DNA of 64,000 nt from Phycisphaerales bacterium. GTDB taxonomy: Bacteria; Planctomycetota; Phycisphaerae; UBA1845; Fen-1342. Of this stretch, positions 1 through 8,359 are shown one piece after another (within the stretch, counting starts at the first letter, position 1; the number at the start of each line of letters is the position of its first letter). The notes under the pieces were generated by a model that did no database searches, was not told the DNA's origin, and worked only from the letters and a program-made list of their open reading frames with translations. Location of the stretch: the NCBI GenBank assembly GCA_016710275.1, contig JADJXS010000001.1:2015449-2079448 (forward strand), given 5' to 3'. A program made the translations under genes and the position numbers.

Positions 1-436
1 GCTGCGCACGATGATCGCGTGGATGGTCGTCGGCGTGGGTGTCGTGATCGTGCTCACCGCGCGTCGTCAACTGCGCTTCCGCCCGATTCAGCTCGTGGTC
101 ATTGGCGCGGTTGCCGCGTTCAACAAGGCGCTGAGCGGCGGCGGCTACGGCCCGCTGGTCACGTCCGGGCAGGTCGTGTCGGGCGTTCCGGCCCGTAGCG
201 CGGTGGCCGTCACGTCGATCTGCGAGGGCGTTACCTGCGGCGTGGGGCTGGCCGTGTGCCTGGCGCTGGGTCAGCAGATTCACTGGGCGCTGGCGATTCC
301 CTTGACCGCCGGCGCGCTGGCCTCCGTTCCGATGGCCACGATGATCGTCGGTCGCCTGCCGCTGTCGGCGTTGCGGGGGGTGGTCGGGATCGCGACCATT
401 CTGCTGGGCGTCGCCGCGCTGGTGAGCGCCCGATGA
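1..436 (+). CDS. TauE/SafE-family anion (sulfite) exporter, C-terminal part; 5' end outside window
   Basis: Frame is open from the window edge to TGA at 434-436. Translation is Gly/Ala/Val-rich transmembrane helices (VVIGAVAAFNKALSGGGYGPLV, GRLPLSALRGVVGIATILLG) typical of TauE/SafE permeases. Stop overlaps the next start (ATGA). Confidence 0.55.
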   Translation, partial: LRTMIAWMVVGVGVVIVLTARRQLRFRPIQLVVIGAVAAFNKALSGGGYGPLVTSGQVVSGVPARSAVAVTSICEGVTCGVGLAVCLALGQQIHWALAIPLTAGALASVPMATMIVGRLPLSALRGVVGIATILLGVAALVSAR

Positions 437-1890
437 GCGCTGCCGCCGCATCGACCGGCGATGCCGTCGTTGGCGTCGGCGTTGCCGACGTCGCGATCAT
501 CGGCGGCGGCTTTTCGGGCACGCTGCTGGCCGCGCAGGTGCTTCGCGCTTCGGCCGCCCGCCCGCGCCGCATTGTTCTGATCGAGCGGCGAGAACAGGTC
601 GGCCCCGGGCTGGCGTACGCAACCACCTCTCTCGATCATCTGCTGAACGTCCCTGCGGCGCGGATGAGCGCGTTTGCGGATGCTCCCGCCGACTTCGTGG
701 ACTGGCTGCATCGAACGATCGGGCCTGTGGAGGGGCGGGCCTTCATGCCGCGCCGCCTCTACGGGCAATATCTCGCCGACACGCTTGCCGCGGTCCGCGC
801 TGCCCACCCGGACGTGGAGCTTTCCACTCTCCGCGCGGATGTCGCCGGTTGCGAGCGCGACGCGGCCGGCAGCGGGTGGATCATCCGCACGCAGGATGAG
901 AGGGCCTTTCGCGCGCGGCGCGTGGTGCTGGCGGTCGGAAATGCCCGCCCGGCCAATCCGCTTGCCGACCCGGTCGCGATGCGCGCGGCGCGTTTTGTGC
1001 CGGATCCGTGGAGCGCCGATGCGCTGGCGGCCTGTGCCGGCCCGGAGCCGTTGCTGCTGCTGGGTAGCGGTCTGACGGCGCTGGACGTCGTGTTGATGCT
1101 TCGGGCGCTGGGGCAGACCGGTCCGATCTTCGCACTTTCGCGGCGCGGCCTCGCGCCACACGCCCACCATGTCTCGCGCAGCGGGCCTCCCGACCTGCGC
1201 CTGGCCGAACGATTGGCCGTGCACCTGTCAGCGGGAGAAGTGGACGCGGACGGCGAGCGAAGCGCCGGCTCGCGTCTGCGGTTGTCCACGCTCCTGCACG
1301 ACCTGCGGCGTGTGGCGCGCGAGTGCCGCGACTGGCGGATTCTGGTGGATCAGCTTCGCCCGCTGACCAATCCGCTCTGGCGGCGGATGGACGCCGCGCA
1401 GCGCCGCAGCTTCCTGCGCCATGCCCGCGCCTATTGGGATGTCCATCGGCATCGCGCAGCGCCGGTCATCGCGGCGCAGATTGCCGCACTGCGCCGCTCG
1501 GGCGGGCTGGTGATTCTCAGCGGTCGGATCGGCGCGGTGCGCGCTGACGCGGAGGGGTTGGTCGCCGAGATCCGCCCGCGCGGCGGCGGCAGCGCCACCG
1601 GCCTGCGGGTGGCGCGCGTCATCAACTGCACCGGTCCTGACCCCAATCCCGCTCGCAGCGCGGACCCGCTTCTGAGGGGATTGCTGCGCGACGGACATGC
1701 CCGGGCGGACGCGCTGGGGCTGGGGCTGGTCACGACGCCGACGGGGGCGGTTGTTGCCGTCGACGGAAGTGCGAGTGATTCGCTGTTCGCGATTGGGGCG
1801 ATGCGCCGGCCGCTTGATTGGGAATCCACTGCGGTTCCGGAATTGCGGGTCCAGGCGGCGGCGCTGGCGGCGGTGCTGGCCGCGTCATAG
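433..1890 (+). CDS. FAD/NAD(P)-binding oxidoreductase (NAD_binding_9-like)
   Basis: ATG at 433 is in frame with ORF 256..1890. The N-terminus carries a Rossmann dinucleotide motif, VADVAIIGGGFSGTLLAAQ. A second glycine-rich segment LLLLGSGLTALDV follows, and INCTGP lies near the C-terminus. Confidence 0.7.
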   Translation: MSAAAASTGDAVVGVGVADVAIIGGGFSGTLLAAQVLRASAARPRRIVLIERREQVGPGLAYATTSLDHLLNVPAARMSAFADAPADFVDWLHRTIGPVEGRAFMPRRLYGQYLADTLAAVRAAHPDVELSTLRADVAGCERDAAGSGWIIRTQDERAFRARRVVLAVGNARPANPLADPVAMRAARFVPDPWSADALAACAGPEPLLLLGSGLTALDVVLMLRALGQTGPIFALSRRGLAPHAHHVSRSGPPDLRLAERLAVHLSAGEVDADGERSAGSRLRLSTLLHDLRRVARECRDWRILVDQLRPLTNPLWRRMDAAQRRSFLRHARAYWDVHRHRAAPVIAAQIAALRRSGGLVILSGRIGAVRADAEGLVAEIRPRGGGSATGLRVARVINCTGPDPNPARSADPLLRGLLRDGHARADALGLGLVTTPTGAVVAVDGSASDSLFAIGAMRRPLDWESTAVPELRVQAAALAAVLAAS

Positions 1891-2036
1891 GGCGGCATCG
1901 GAAGTGCTCTGGTGTGTGTCGCAGTGGTTTCGGTGGTCGTCGGGGGTGTTCGGCGGGCGGGGGTGGGGTGAGTCACGAGATGCGGCGCTGCGGGGCGGGG
2001 CGGGGCATGTCGGTGTCGGTTTCGTGGTGGTCAAGA

Positions 2037-2062
2037 CATGCCGACGCAAAGCCGTCGGCATG
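2037..2062. repeat. H1 palindromic hairpin (catgccgacg-caaagc-cgtcggcatg), left half of a repeat module split by the IS
   Basis: Perfect 10-bp inverted repeat. The same hairpin recurs at about 40605-40632, 40846-40873 and 41130-41157. Confidence 0.8.
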
Positions 2063-2066
2063 GCAT

Positions 2067-3655
2067 CTATGAAGCGAACGGTGTCAAGGGGCGGCTGCGG
2101 TTCTGTTTGGAAGATTCTTCCGTCAGGCCCGTCGCCGTCGGCATCGGTCGATCTGTCCCATCTCAGCCGGCGTCGCGACGTTGGGGCTGACTCTCTTCCG
2201 CACAGGCCCAGAGCCGAGGCCGAGGGAGGGCCTCCCTCGGAGATGTTGACGAGCGGGGGCGGCGTGACGCGTGACGCTCAGGCATCTATTCGAGATCATC
2301 CGCCGGAGCGGACGTCTCATGAAAAAATACAAGACGGACGCCGCCATTCACCCTGCCGAGCGCGCGATTGGGAACGCGCTCCTGCCATGCCGCGGGGTCG
2401 TCCGCCGGTTCGTCACGTCGCCGCTCCTCCACACCAAACGCTTCGCATTCGTTTCGTTCCGTGCGTCCGCGCTACGCACGCAGACGCGTTTCGCTTCAAT
2501 TCTGGTCGTTCGGTCGCTCCGCCAGGCCGCGAGCTGCGGCCCGATCCGCAGCACGGTGAAGTCAGGCGACCGCCGGAGTCGCCGGTGTCGCCGGCGGCCG
2601 TTCTTGGTACGGCCGTCCGCTGCGGATGACGGCCAGCATCAGACACAGCAGCCTCCGCGCGATGGCGGTAATGGCCTTCTTCTTTCCGCGGCGCAGGGCC
2701 AGCGCGCAGAATCGGCGAGCCGCTGTGCGTGATGCCCAGGTCGTGGCGCCTGCCGGCCGACTCGCGCTGTCCGGGCGCAAGGCCGACGTAGCTGGTCAGC
2801 TTCTTCTGCGAGCCGAAACGCTCCGGCCCGGCGACCTCCGCCAGGAACGTCTCGCGCGTCACCGGTCCGACGGCCGGAATCGAATCCAGCAGCGCACGGT
2901 GGCCCGCTTCGGCGGCCGGCGCTGTGCGGGCGAAGGCCGCCAGCTGCCGATCGACGGCCTTCAGCTCGTCGCGATACAACTTCAACTCGCGCAGCAGGCG
3001 CTGCACGAGCCAGCGATCGACGGGGTCGAGCTTCAGCCCGCGCAGGTACTTCAGGCTCTCGCTCGTGAACAGATCCTTGCGGTCCGCGTTGTACTCGGCC
3101 GCCACGTGCCGGATGCGGTTCTTGATCGACGTCAGCCGCGCCCGCACGCAGACCCGCCGCCGCACCAGCTTGCGGTGCGCCCGCTGCCGCGGCGTCGGTC
3201 GGTGCGCCGGCGGAATCATGTCCAGCGCCAGGAACTCCGCCAGCACGCGGGCGTCCACCTTGTCGCTCTTGCGCGTGCTCTCGGCGATGATCCGCATTTT
3301 GCGTGGATGAGCGAGCAGCACACGCCCAGCCAGCGGCTCGACCAGCTTCACGAACCACTCGTAGCTGGCGGTCGCTTCGAGCACCAGGTCGAATGAGCCG
3401 AGCGCCTTCAACCAGGCCGCCAGCTTGATCGACTCGGCATTGGTGAAACGGGCCGAAGTGAGCACTTGCCGCGCTTGGTTCACAACGCAGACCACGATAC
3501 GCTGCTTGTGGAGGTCGACGCCGACGAACTTCTTCACGGTCTTCTCCTGTGTGGAAGCCAACGATTCGACTCAAACACGAAACGCTGGTTTACCACGAGT
3601 TCAGGAACCGTGCAGCCGCCGGCCCGACCTCCGCTTCATAGTTTCACCCAACGCG
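2067..3655 (-). mobile_element. IS110-family insertion sequence, boundaries approximate, transposase decayed
   Basis: The 11-bp sequence cggcatggcat occurs at 2056-2066 and 3656-3666, exactly 1600 bp apart. These copies bracket the DEDD-type transposase ORF. The outer flanks together rebuild one H1-H2 repeat module. Confidence 0.5.
2562..3537 (-). pseudogene. IS110-family (DEDD) transposase, disrupted near the C-terminus
   Basis: N-terminus KKFVGVDLHKQRIVVCVV ... LVLEATASYEW and the Transposase_20-like segment LLDSIPAVGPVTRETFLAEVAGPERF ... YVGLAPGQRESAG are typical of IS110. The conserved C-terminal RRGKKKAITAIARRLLCLMLAVIRSGRPYQE lies in a different frame (ORF 2562..2780). The frames meet near 2720-2735, which implies a frameshift or small deletion. 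Likely start is GTG 3537, preceded by GGAGAA. Confidence 0.7.
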
Positions 3656-3755
3656 CGGCATGGCATGTGGCATCGGGCTTCCGCCCGATGCACCGCACCG
3701 CCCGGAAGGGCGGTGCCACGACGCGCTGCATGCTTACGCGGAGTACCGCGAAAGC
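3656..3755 (+). repeat. Right half of hairpin module: two local hairpins plus H2 (gcatgcttacgcgg-agta-ccgcgaaagcatgc)
   Basis: Hairpins are gcatcgggc-ttcc-gcccgatgc and caccgccc-ggaa-gggcggtg, followed by the 14-bp imperfect palindrome H2. H2 is also present at about 40652-40683, 40890-40921 and 32079-32110. Confidence 0.75.
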
Positions 3756-3971
3756 ATGCCACCCAATATTTCACCCCTTATGCCACCCCGTATGCCACCC
3801 CCTATGCCACCCTTTACTCCACCCTTTACTCCACCCCCTATGCCACCCTTTACTACACCCTGTACTCCACCCCCTATGCCACCCTGTACTCCACCCTTTA
3901 CTCCACCCCTTATGCCACCCTTTATCCCACCCTTTGCTCCACCCTTCATGCCACACGCAGCAAGAACATGA
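3756..3971 (+). repeat. About 16 tandem 12-nt repeats (NNNNNNccaccc) directly after ATGCCACCC; a Pro-rich 71-codon micro-ORF is open across them
   Basis: Units such as cttatgccaccc, cgtatgccaccc and tttactccaccc are all 12 nt. ATG 3756 to TGA 3969-3971 reads MPPNISPLMPPRMPPPMPPFTPPF... Third-position GC is low compared with neighbouring genes, so coding status is doubtful. Confidence 0.8.
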
Positions 3972-4036
3972 CACCCGCGGATGGGCCGATCGATTGATTC
4001 GCGGGTCAACTGATGTGGTGATCGCTCGCGCGCGCC

Positions 4037-4354
4037 TTACGCCGAGACGTCCAGATTTCCGCCCAGCGGTCCGCCGTCCGGGTTCTTGGGCGGCTCGTCA
4101 GGCGGCGATTCCTCGTGCCGCTCGCCACGCTCCGAAGAACGCCCCTGGCCGCCGCTGCCTTCGGCGTCTGCGTAGACCGAGCCATCAGCCCCGTCATGCG
4201 AAACCGCCCCCTCGAGCTTTCGCGCAAAGGCTGCGGGGTCCACCCGCTCCGCTTCACTGACCTCGCCGCGCTGGCGCTCCTCGGCGGCCCGCTTCTGCGC
4301 GGCCGGCGAGCCGAGAACCGACGTCAGCCAGTTCGGAGGCGGAATTGCGGACAT
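4037..4354 (-). CDS. Hypothetical acidic/Gly-rich small protein (weak call)
   Basis: 105-aa ORF directly downstream of and co-directional with the mocA-like gene. No recognisable motif and no clear RBS. Confidence 0.3.
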   Translation of the reverse strand: MSAIPPPNWLTSVLGSPAAQKRAAEERQRGEVSEAERVDPAAFARKLEGAVSHDGADGSVYADAEGSGGQGRSSERGERHEESPPDEPPKNPDGGPLGGNLDVSA

Positions 4355-4431
4355 TGCGCTTCTATCGGCACGTCGGTGCGCCCCGATCCAATCCGGCTTC
4401 GGCGAGGATTCCTGCCGTGCAGGCTACGGCG

Positions 4432-5070
4432 TCATTCGTCGGTCGGAAACTGCTCGGCACGGCGGAGATCCTCCGGCGTGTCCACGTCGAGCCGCGCGCT
4501 GTCCAGCGGGATGCTGGCGGCGTGAGCGGCGTTCGCCTCGATCACCGACCTGGCCCCGCGATCGCCGGATAGCGCGCACAGGGCCGGCCGATGGCGCGCA
4601 TCAAACAGCACCGGCGGTCCGATCAGCCCATATTGGGTACTCACGATCGTGATCGCAGGCGGCCGAAGCGCAGCAGCCATTGAGCGCAGGTGCTCGGCGG
4701 AGACGCCCGGTTGGTCGGCCATCATCAGGAGAATGCCGCTCCCCGCGCCGGCCGCCTGCACACCGGCCCGGATCGACGTGCTGACGCCGTCGGCCCAGCC
4801 ACGATTCTCGACCGCGCGCACCGAGAATGCCGCGTCCGGCATCCGCGCTGCGACGTCCGCGATTTCAGCCCGCACCGCTTCCCCCGCTGCGCCGGTGACG
4901 ACGATCACCGGTCCAAGTTTGCTCTTGATCGCCGTCAGCACCGCGCGGCGGACCAGCGTGATTCCGCCGACGCGCGCGAGTTGCTTCGCGGATCCCATGC
5001 GCGACGAACCGCCTGCTGCCAGCACGATCAGTGTGATCAAGACATCGGGTTGCGGGCCGTCGCCGTTCAT
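4432..5070 (-). CDS. MobA/MocA-like nucleotidyltransferase (molybdenum cofactor cytidylyl/guanylyltransferase family)
   Basis: ATG 5070 gives MNGDGPQPDVLITLIVLAAGGSSRMGSAKQLARVGG..., containing the LAAGxSxRMGxxK signature of the family. The start overlaps the xdhC-like stop (ATGA at 5067-5070). Only the C-terminal ~212 aa of track ORF 4432..7041 is real. Confidence 0.75.
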   Translation of the reverse strand: MNGDGPQPDVLITLIVLAAGGSSRMGSAKQLARVGGITLVRRAVLTAIKSKLGPVIVVTGAAGEAVRAEIADVAARMPDAAFSVRAVENRGWADGVSTSIRAGVQAAGAGSGILLMMADQPGVSAEHLRSMAAALRPPAITIVSTQYGLIGPPVLFDARHRPALCALSGDRGARSVIEANAAHAASIPLDSARLDVDTPEDLRRAEQFPTDE

Positions 5071-6251
5071 GAGCGGCAGGTGGGGCGGGCCGGGCCAGAG
5101 GCGATCCCGTCCGTCGGGGAGCCTTCGTCCGCAGCGGGGGTGTGGATCGGGCGTCCGAGATCGCGCAGCGGGCCGGCACTGCGGCGGTTCCGAATGGCGA
5201 GAATTTCCGCAATCACGGAAGCGGCGATTTCGGAGGGCGTCTCCGCGCCGAGGTCGAGGCCGACCGGGCCGAACAGCCGCGAACGCAGAGAATCGGTCAG
5301 CGCCACGCCGTGCTTCTCCATTTCGGCGCAAAGCGCGGCGGCGCGCGACGCCGGGCCGAGCAGGCCGATGTAGTCGGCGCCGGTTGTCGCCCAATGGCGC
5401 AGCCAGGCGACATCTGCGCTGAAATTGTGCGTCATGAGCACAATGGCCGTGCAATCGTCCGTTTCGATCTGCGCCCCCACGACTTCGGCAGCGCCGCCGA
5501 GCACCTCGCTTGCGCCCGCTGCCCGCGCGGCGTCCATTCCCGCGGCGCCGTCTGCACACACCACGACCCGCCAACCGACGTGCAGTCCGGCAGCGATCAT
5601 GGCCGCGACGTCGTACCCCGAACCGCAGATCACCAGCGTCGGCGGAGGGGCGATGCGCTCGAGAAAGAGGGTGAGGCCGGAGTCGAGCTGGAATCGGCTG
5701 GTCGGTGCGCTGGGCACGAGGCCGGTTAGCCGATTTCGCGATGCGAAGAGGGCGCTGCCGGGCAGCTCGCCGGCGAGGAGTGCTCCATCGGGCGAGAGCA
5801 GCGCCCGCGCTCCGACGCGCAGCGCCGGATCGGCGGACTCGATGATCGTGGCGGCGATGGTGGTGTGGCGCTGCGCGAGTCGCTGACCGGTGACGTCGAG
5901 GAGCAGGGCGGCGTCCTCCCCGCGCTCCAGCAGCACCCACACGACGCCCTGGCAACCGAGGCCGAACGCGAAGGCCACGTCGTCGTCGGCGGAGGTGTCG
6001 AAGCGCACGACTGCGGCTCTCTCGCGCTCCGTGCGCCACCAGGCCTTCCGCCCGACTTCGCGCTCCAGGCAGCCGCCGCTGATCGCGCCGACGCGCTCGC
6101 CGTCGCGCGTCAGCAGCATTCGAGCGCCGGGGCGGCGGTAGGTGGAGCCGCCGACGCGCACGACGGTGGCAAGCAGCGATTCCGCCCCGCGCGCCTGCGC
6201 CGCCCGCCATCCGCGAATAATCTGTTCCAACTCGCTCATGCGCACCAGCAT
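5067..6251 (-). CDS. XdhC/CoxI-family molybdoenzyme maturation factor (YqeB-like possible)
   Basis: The N-terminal segment LATVVRVGGSTYRRPGARMLLTRDGERVGAISGGCLE is the XdhC_CoxI motif. The C-terminal Rossmann-like part reads LVICGSGYDVAAMIAAG. An alternative start is ATG 6239 (MSELEQ). Confidence 0.8.
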   Translation of the reverse strand: MLVRMSELEQIIRGWRAAQARGAESLLATVVRVGGSTYRRPGARMLLTRDGERVGAISGGCLEREVGRKAWWRTERERAAVVRFDTSADDDVAFAFGLGCQGVVWVLLERGEDAALLLDVTGQRLAQRHTTIAATIIESADPALRVGARALLSPDGALLAGELPGSALFASRNRLTGLVPSAPTSRFQLDSGLTLFLERIAPPPTLVICGSGYDVAAMIAAGLHVGWRVVVCADGAAGMDAARAAGASEVLGGAAEVVGAQIETDDCTAIVLMTHNFSADVAWLRHWATTGADYIGLLGPASRAAALCAEMEKHGVALTDSLRSRLFGPVGLDLGAETPSEIAASVIAEILAIRNRRSAGPLRDLGRPIHTPAADEGSPTDGIASGPARPTCRS

Positions 6252-6293
6252 CCTTCACGCAAACCTGTTCCCACAGCGGCGCCCGGCCGCAGC

Positions 6294-7343
6294 CTACACC
6301 ACACGCACGCGCGCCGGTCCGGCGCTCACCTCGCCGACGACCGCGGCGCAGGGCGTCGCCGCTGTACGCAGCGCGGCAAGCAGGGCGGGTGCGTCGTCCG
6401 CAGCGACGGCCATCAGCAACCCGCCGGAAGTCTGTGCGTCCATCAGCACGCCGGCCAGCGCATCCTCGACGCCGGCATCCACAACGAGCCGATCGCCGAT
6501 GAACTCGCGCGCCGCCGACGATGCGCGGGTCAGCACGCCGGCCCGGGCCATTTCCAGCGTGTGCGGCAGCAGGGGGGTGGCGCCGCTCTGCAGCGTGATC
6601 GTCACGCCGGCCCCGTCGGCCATTTCGAACGCGTGCCCGACCAGCCCGAAGCCGGTGATGTCGGTGCAGGCGTGCACGCGCCCCAGCGCGACACCGGCGT
6701 CGCGCGCGGCGCGATTGAGCGTGGTCATCACGCGCACCGCCTCGACAAGCCCCTCTTCGGGCAGCTTTCCATTCTTGACGGCGCTGCACAGCAACCCGCT
6801 TCCGAGCGGCTTGGTCAGGATCAGCAGATCGCCGGGGCGCGCCGTGGCGTTGGTCCAGATGCGTTGCGGATGCACGCGGCCGGTGACAGACAGCCCGTAC
6901 TTCACCTCGGCGTCGCGCACACTGTGCCCGCCGACGATCACCGCCCCCGCTTCGCGAACCACGCTCGCCCCGCCGCGCAGAATTTCGGAGAGCACTTCGG
7001 CGGGCAGTTGTTTGTCCGGGAAGCCGACGATGTTCAGGCACGTCAGCGGCTCTGCGCCCATCGCGTAGACGTCTGACAGCGCGTTGGCGGCCGCGATGCG
7101 CCCGAAGTCGAATGGGTCGTCCACCAGCGGCGGAAAGAAGTCCACCGTCTGCACCAGCGCCAGCTCATCCGAGAGACGAAACACCCCCGCGTCGTCGGCC
7201 GTTTCCGTGCCCACGAGCAGATCGGGATGCGTCTGGGGTTCGAGCCGGCGCAGCACCTGCGCCGTTACTGCCTGCGGCAGCTTGCCGGCTCAACCGGCGC
7301 ACGAGGCGTACGCGGTCAGTCGAATTTTCCGCGCTTCGCTCAT
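6294..7343 (-). CDS. selD: Selenide, water dikinase (selenophosphate synthetase) with in-frame UGA (Sec) at 7290-7292
   Basis: Minus-strand reading from ATG 7343 (RBS GGAGGTG) gives MSEARKIRLTAYASCAG-TGA-AGKLPQAVTAQVLRRLEP... The rest continues as LLVGTETADDAGVF, VDDPFDFGRIAAANALSDVYAMGA, GGHS and TDITGFGL. The N-terminus aligns with E. coli [20 protein letters not shown], with the TGA at the Cys17 position. Track ORFs 7290..7478 and 6294..7256 are the two halves of this gene. Confidence 0.85.
7243..7289 (-). promoter_or_regulatory. Candidate bacterial SECIS structure immediately 3' of the selD UGA
   Basis: The RNA after UGA is GCCGGCAAG-CUGCC-GCA-GGCAG-UAACG-GCGCAG-GUG-CUGCGC-CGGC. It can form two short hairpins closed by GCCG/CGGC pairing. 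Folding was done by eye only. Confidence 0.4.
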
Positions 7344-7486
7344 CGCCACCTCCATTCTGAAACGCATGCTCCACAGACCCGGCGCGTTGCGGCAGTCGCT
7401 CCCTGCAACGAGAATCCGCCGAAGGCGCGGCTGCGCCAGTTCGGTCCACGAGATCAACCGCAACACGTCACAGGACATCCGCGCCG

Positions 7487-8359
7487 ATGGCCGGCCAGAC
7501 GCTTTCCCAGGTTCGCGCGATGCTCGATGAAGCGGGTCTCGCGCCGCGGCACCGCTACGGCCAGAACTTTCTGATCGACCTAAATCTTATGCGAAAGCTC
7601 CCCGCGCTGGCCGGGGTGCAGGCGGGGGATGTCGTGCTGGAGGTGGGGCCGGGGACGGGGTCGCTCACCGAACTGCTGCTCGAGGCCGGGGCGCGGGTCG
7701 TTGCCGTGGAGATTGACTTCGGCCTGGCGAACCTGCTGCAACAGCGGCTCGGCGCCCATCCCGGTTTCACGCTGGTCACGGGCGATGCACTCGACGGCAA
7801 GCACGCACTCAACCCCGCGCTGCTGGACGCGCTTCGCGCCCGCCTGCGCGAGTCGCCCGGCTCCGTGCGGCTGGTCGCCAACCTGCCCTACCAGATCGCG
7901 ACGCCGCTGCTCATCGAGCTGCTGCTGTGCGAGTGCCTGCGATTCGATGGGCTGGTGTGCACGATTCAGCGGGAGGTGGGGGAGCGCTTCTGCGCTGCGC
8001 CGCGCACCGGCGATTACGGTCCGGTGTCCGTTGTGGCGCAGAGCCTGGCGCGGGCGCGCATCGAGGCGATCCTGCCCGCGGCGGCGTTCTGGCCGCGGCC
8101 GAAGGTCGAATCCGCATTCGTCACATTTGCGCCGCTGTCGCCGGATGCGCGGGACGTGCGTGATTCGCGCGATTTTGCCGCGTTTGTGCGCCTGCACTTT
8201 CAGCAGCGGCGAAAGACGCTGCGCGGCGCGGCACGCGGCGGGCCGGACGCGACGACGATTGCGAGCGCATGCGACGCAATGGGGATCAGTACGACGGCGC
8301 GGCCGGAGGAGTTGACCCCCGCGCAGTGGCGGGCGCTTTATCGAGCGTGTCGTCCGTGA
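7487..8359 (+). CDS. rsmA: 16S rRNA (adenine1518/1519-N6)-dimethyltransferase
   Basis: Contains RHRYGQNFLIDLNLMRKL, VLEVGPGTGSLTELLL and ANLPYQIATPLL, which are canonical KsgA/RsmA motifs. Confidence 0.9.
   Translation: MAGQTLSQVRAMLDEAGLAPRHRYGQNFLIDLNLMRKLPALAGVQAGDVVLEVGPGTGSLTELLLEAGARVVAVEIDFGLANLLQQRLGAHPGFTLVTGDALDGKHALNPALLDALRARLRESPGSVRLVANLPYQIATPLLIELLLCECLRFDGLVCTIQREVGERFCAAPRTGDYGPVSVVAQSLARARIEAILPAAAFWPRPKVESAFVTFAPLSPDARDVRDSRDFAAFVRLHFQQRRKTLRGAARGGPDATTIASACDAMGISTTARPEELTPAQWRALYRACRP

Noticed and set aside
3756-3971. CRISPR array interpretation of the short tandem repeats (also 40690-41090, 56157-56275, 31517-31915)
   Set aside because: The units are 12-34 bp and directly abut each other with no unique spacers. 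No cas genes are in the window. These are micro- or minisatellites.
3466-4260. 264-aa ORF giving HPLC/HPLL His-Cys-rich repeats (and analogous WRHPN-repeat ORFs at 40481..41218); considered as metal-binding or RiPP-precursor genes
   Set aside because: All three forward frames and the reverse frames are open across the repeats simply because the unit lacks stops. This ORF starts antisense inside the transposase gene. No modifying enzymes are adjacent. Only the ATG-anchored MPP frame is mentioned, as a low-confidence possibility.
5071-7041. N-terminal ~650 aa of the 869-aa track ORF 4432..7041
   Set aside because: Only the last ~212 aa (from ATG 5070) are MocA-like. The upstream part is an out-of-frame read across the xdhC-like gene and selD, and is Arg/Ala/Gly-rich nonsense.
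7344-7478. Upstream extension of ORF 7290..7478 (MSCDVLRLISW...) as a separate small gene
   Set aside because: The ORF is really the first 17 codons of selD plus a spurious extension. ATG 7343 has a GGAGGTG RBS, and the sequence from there aligns with SelD N-termini.
8286-8359. 74-bp convergent overlap of rsmA with the lipoprotein hydrolase (and a 68-bp queG/rsmE overlap at 10854-10921) as a regulatory antisense arrangement
   Set aside because: The overlapping C-terminal tails are low-complexity and unconserved-looking. In stop-poor high-GC DNA such 3' overlaps arise trivially, and nothing in the sequence supports a specific function.
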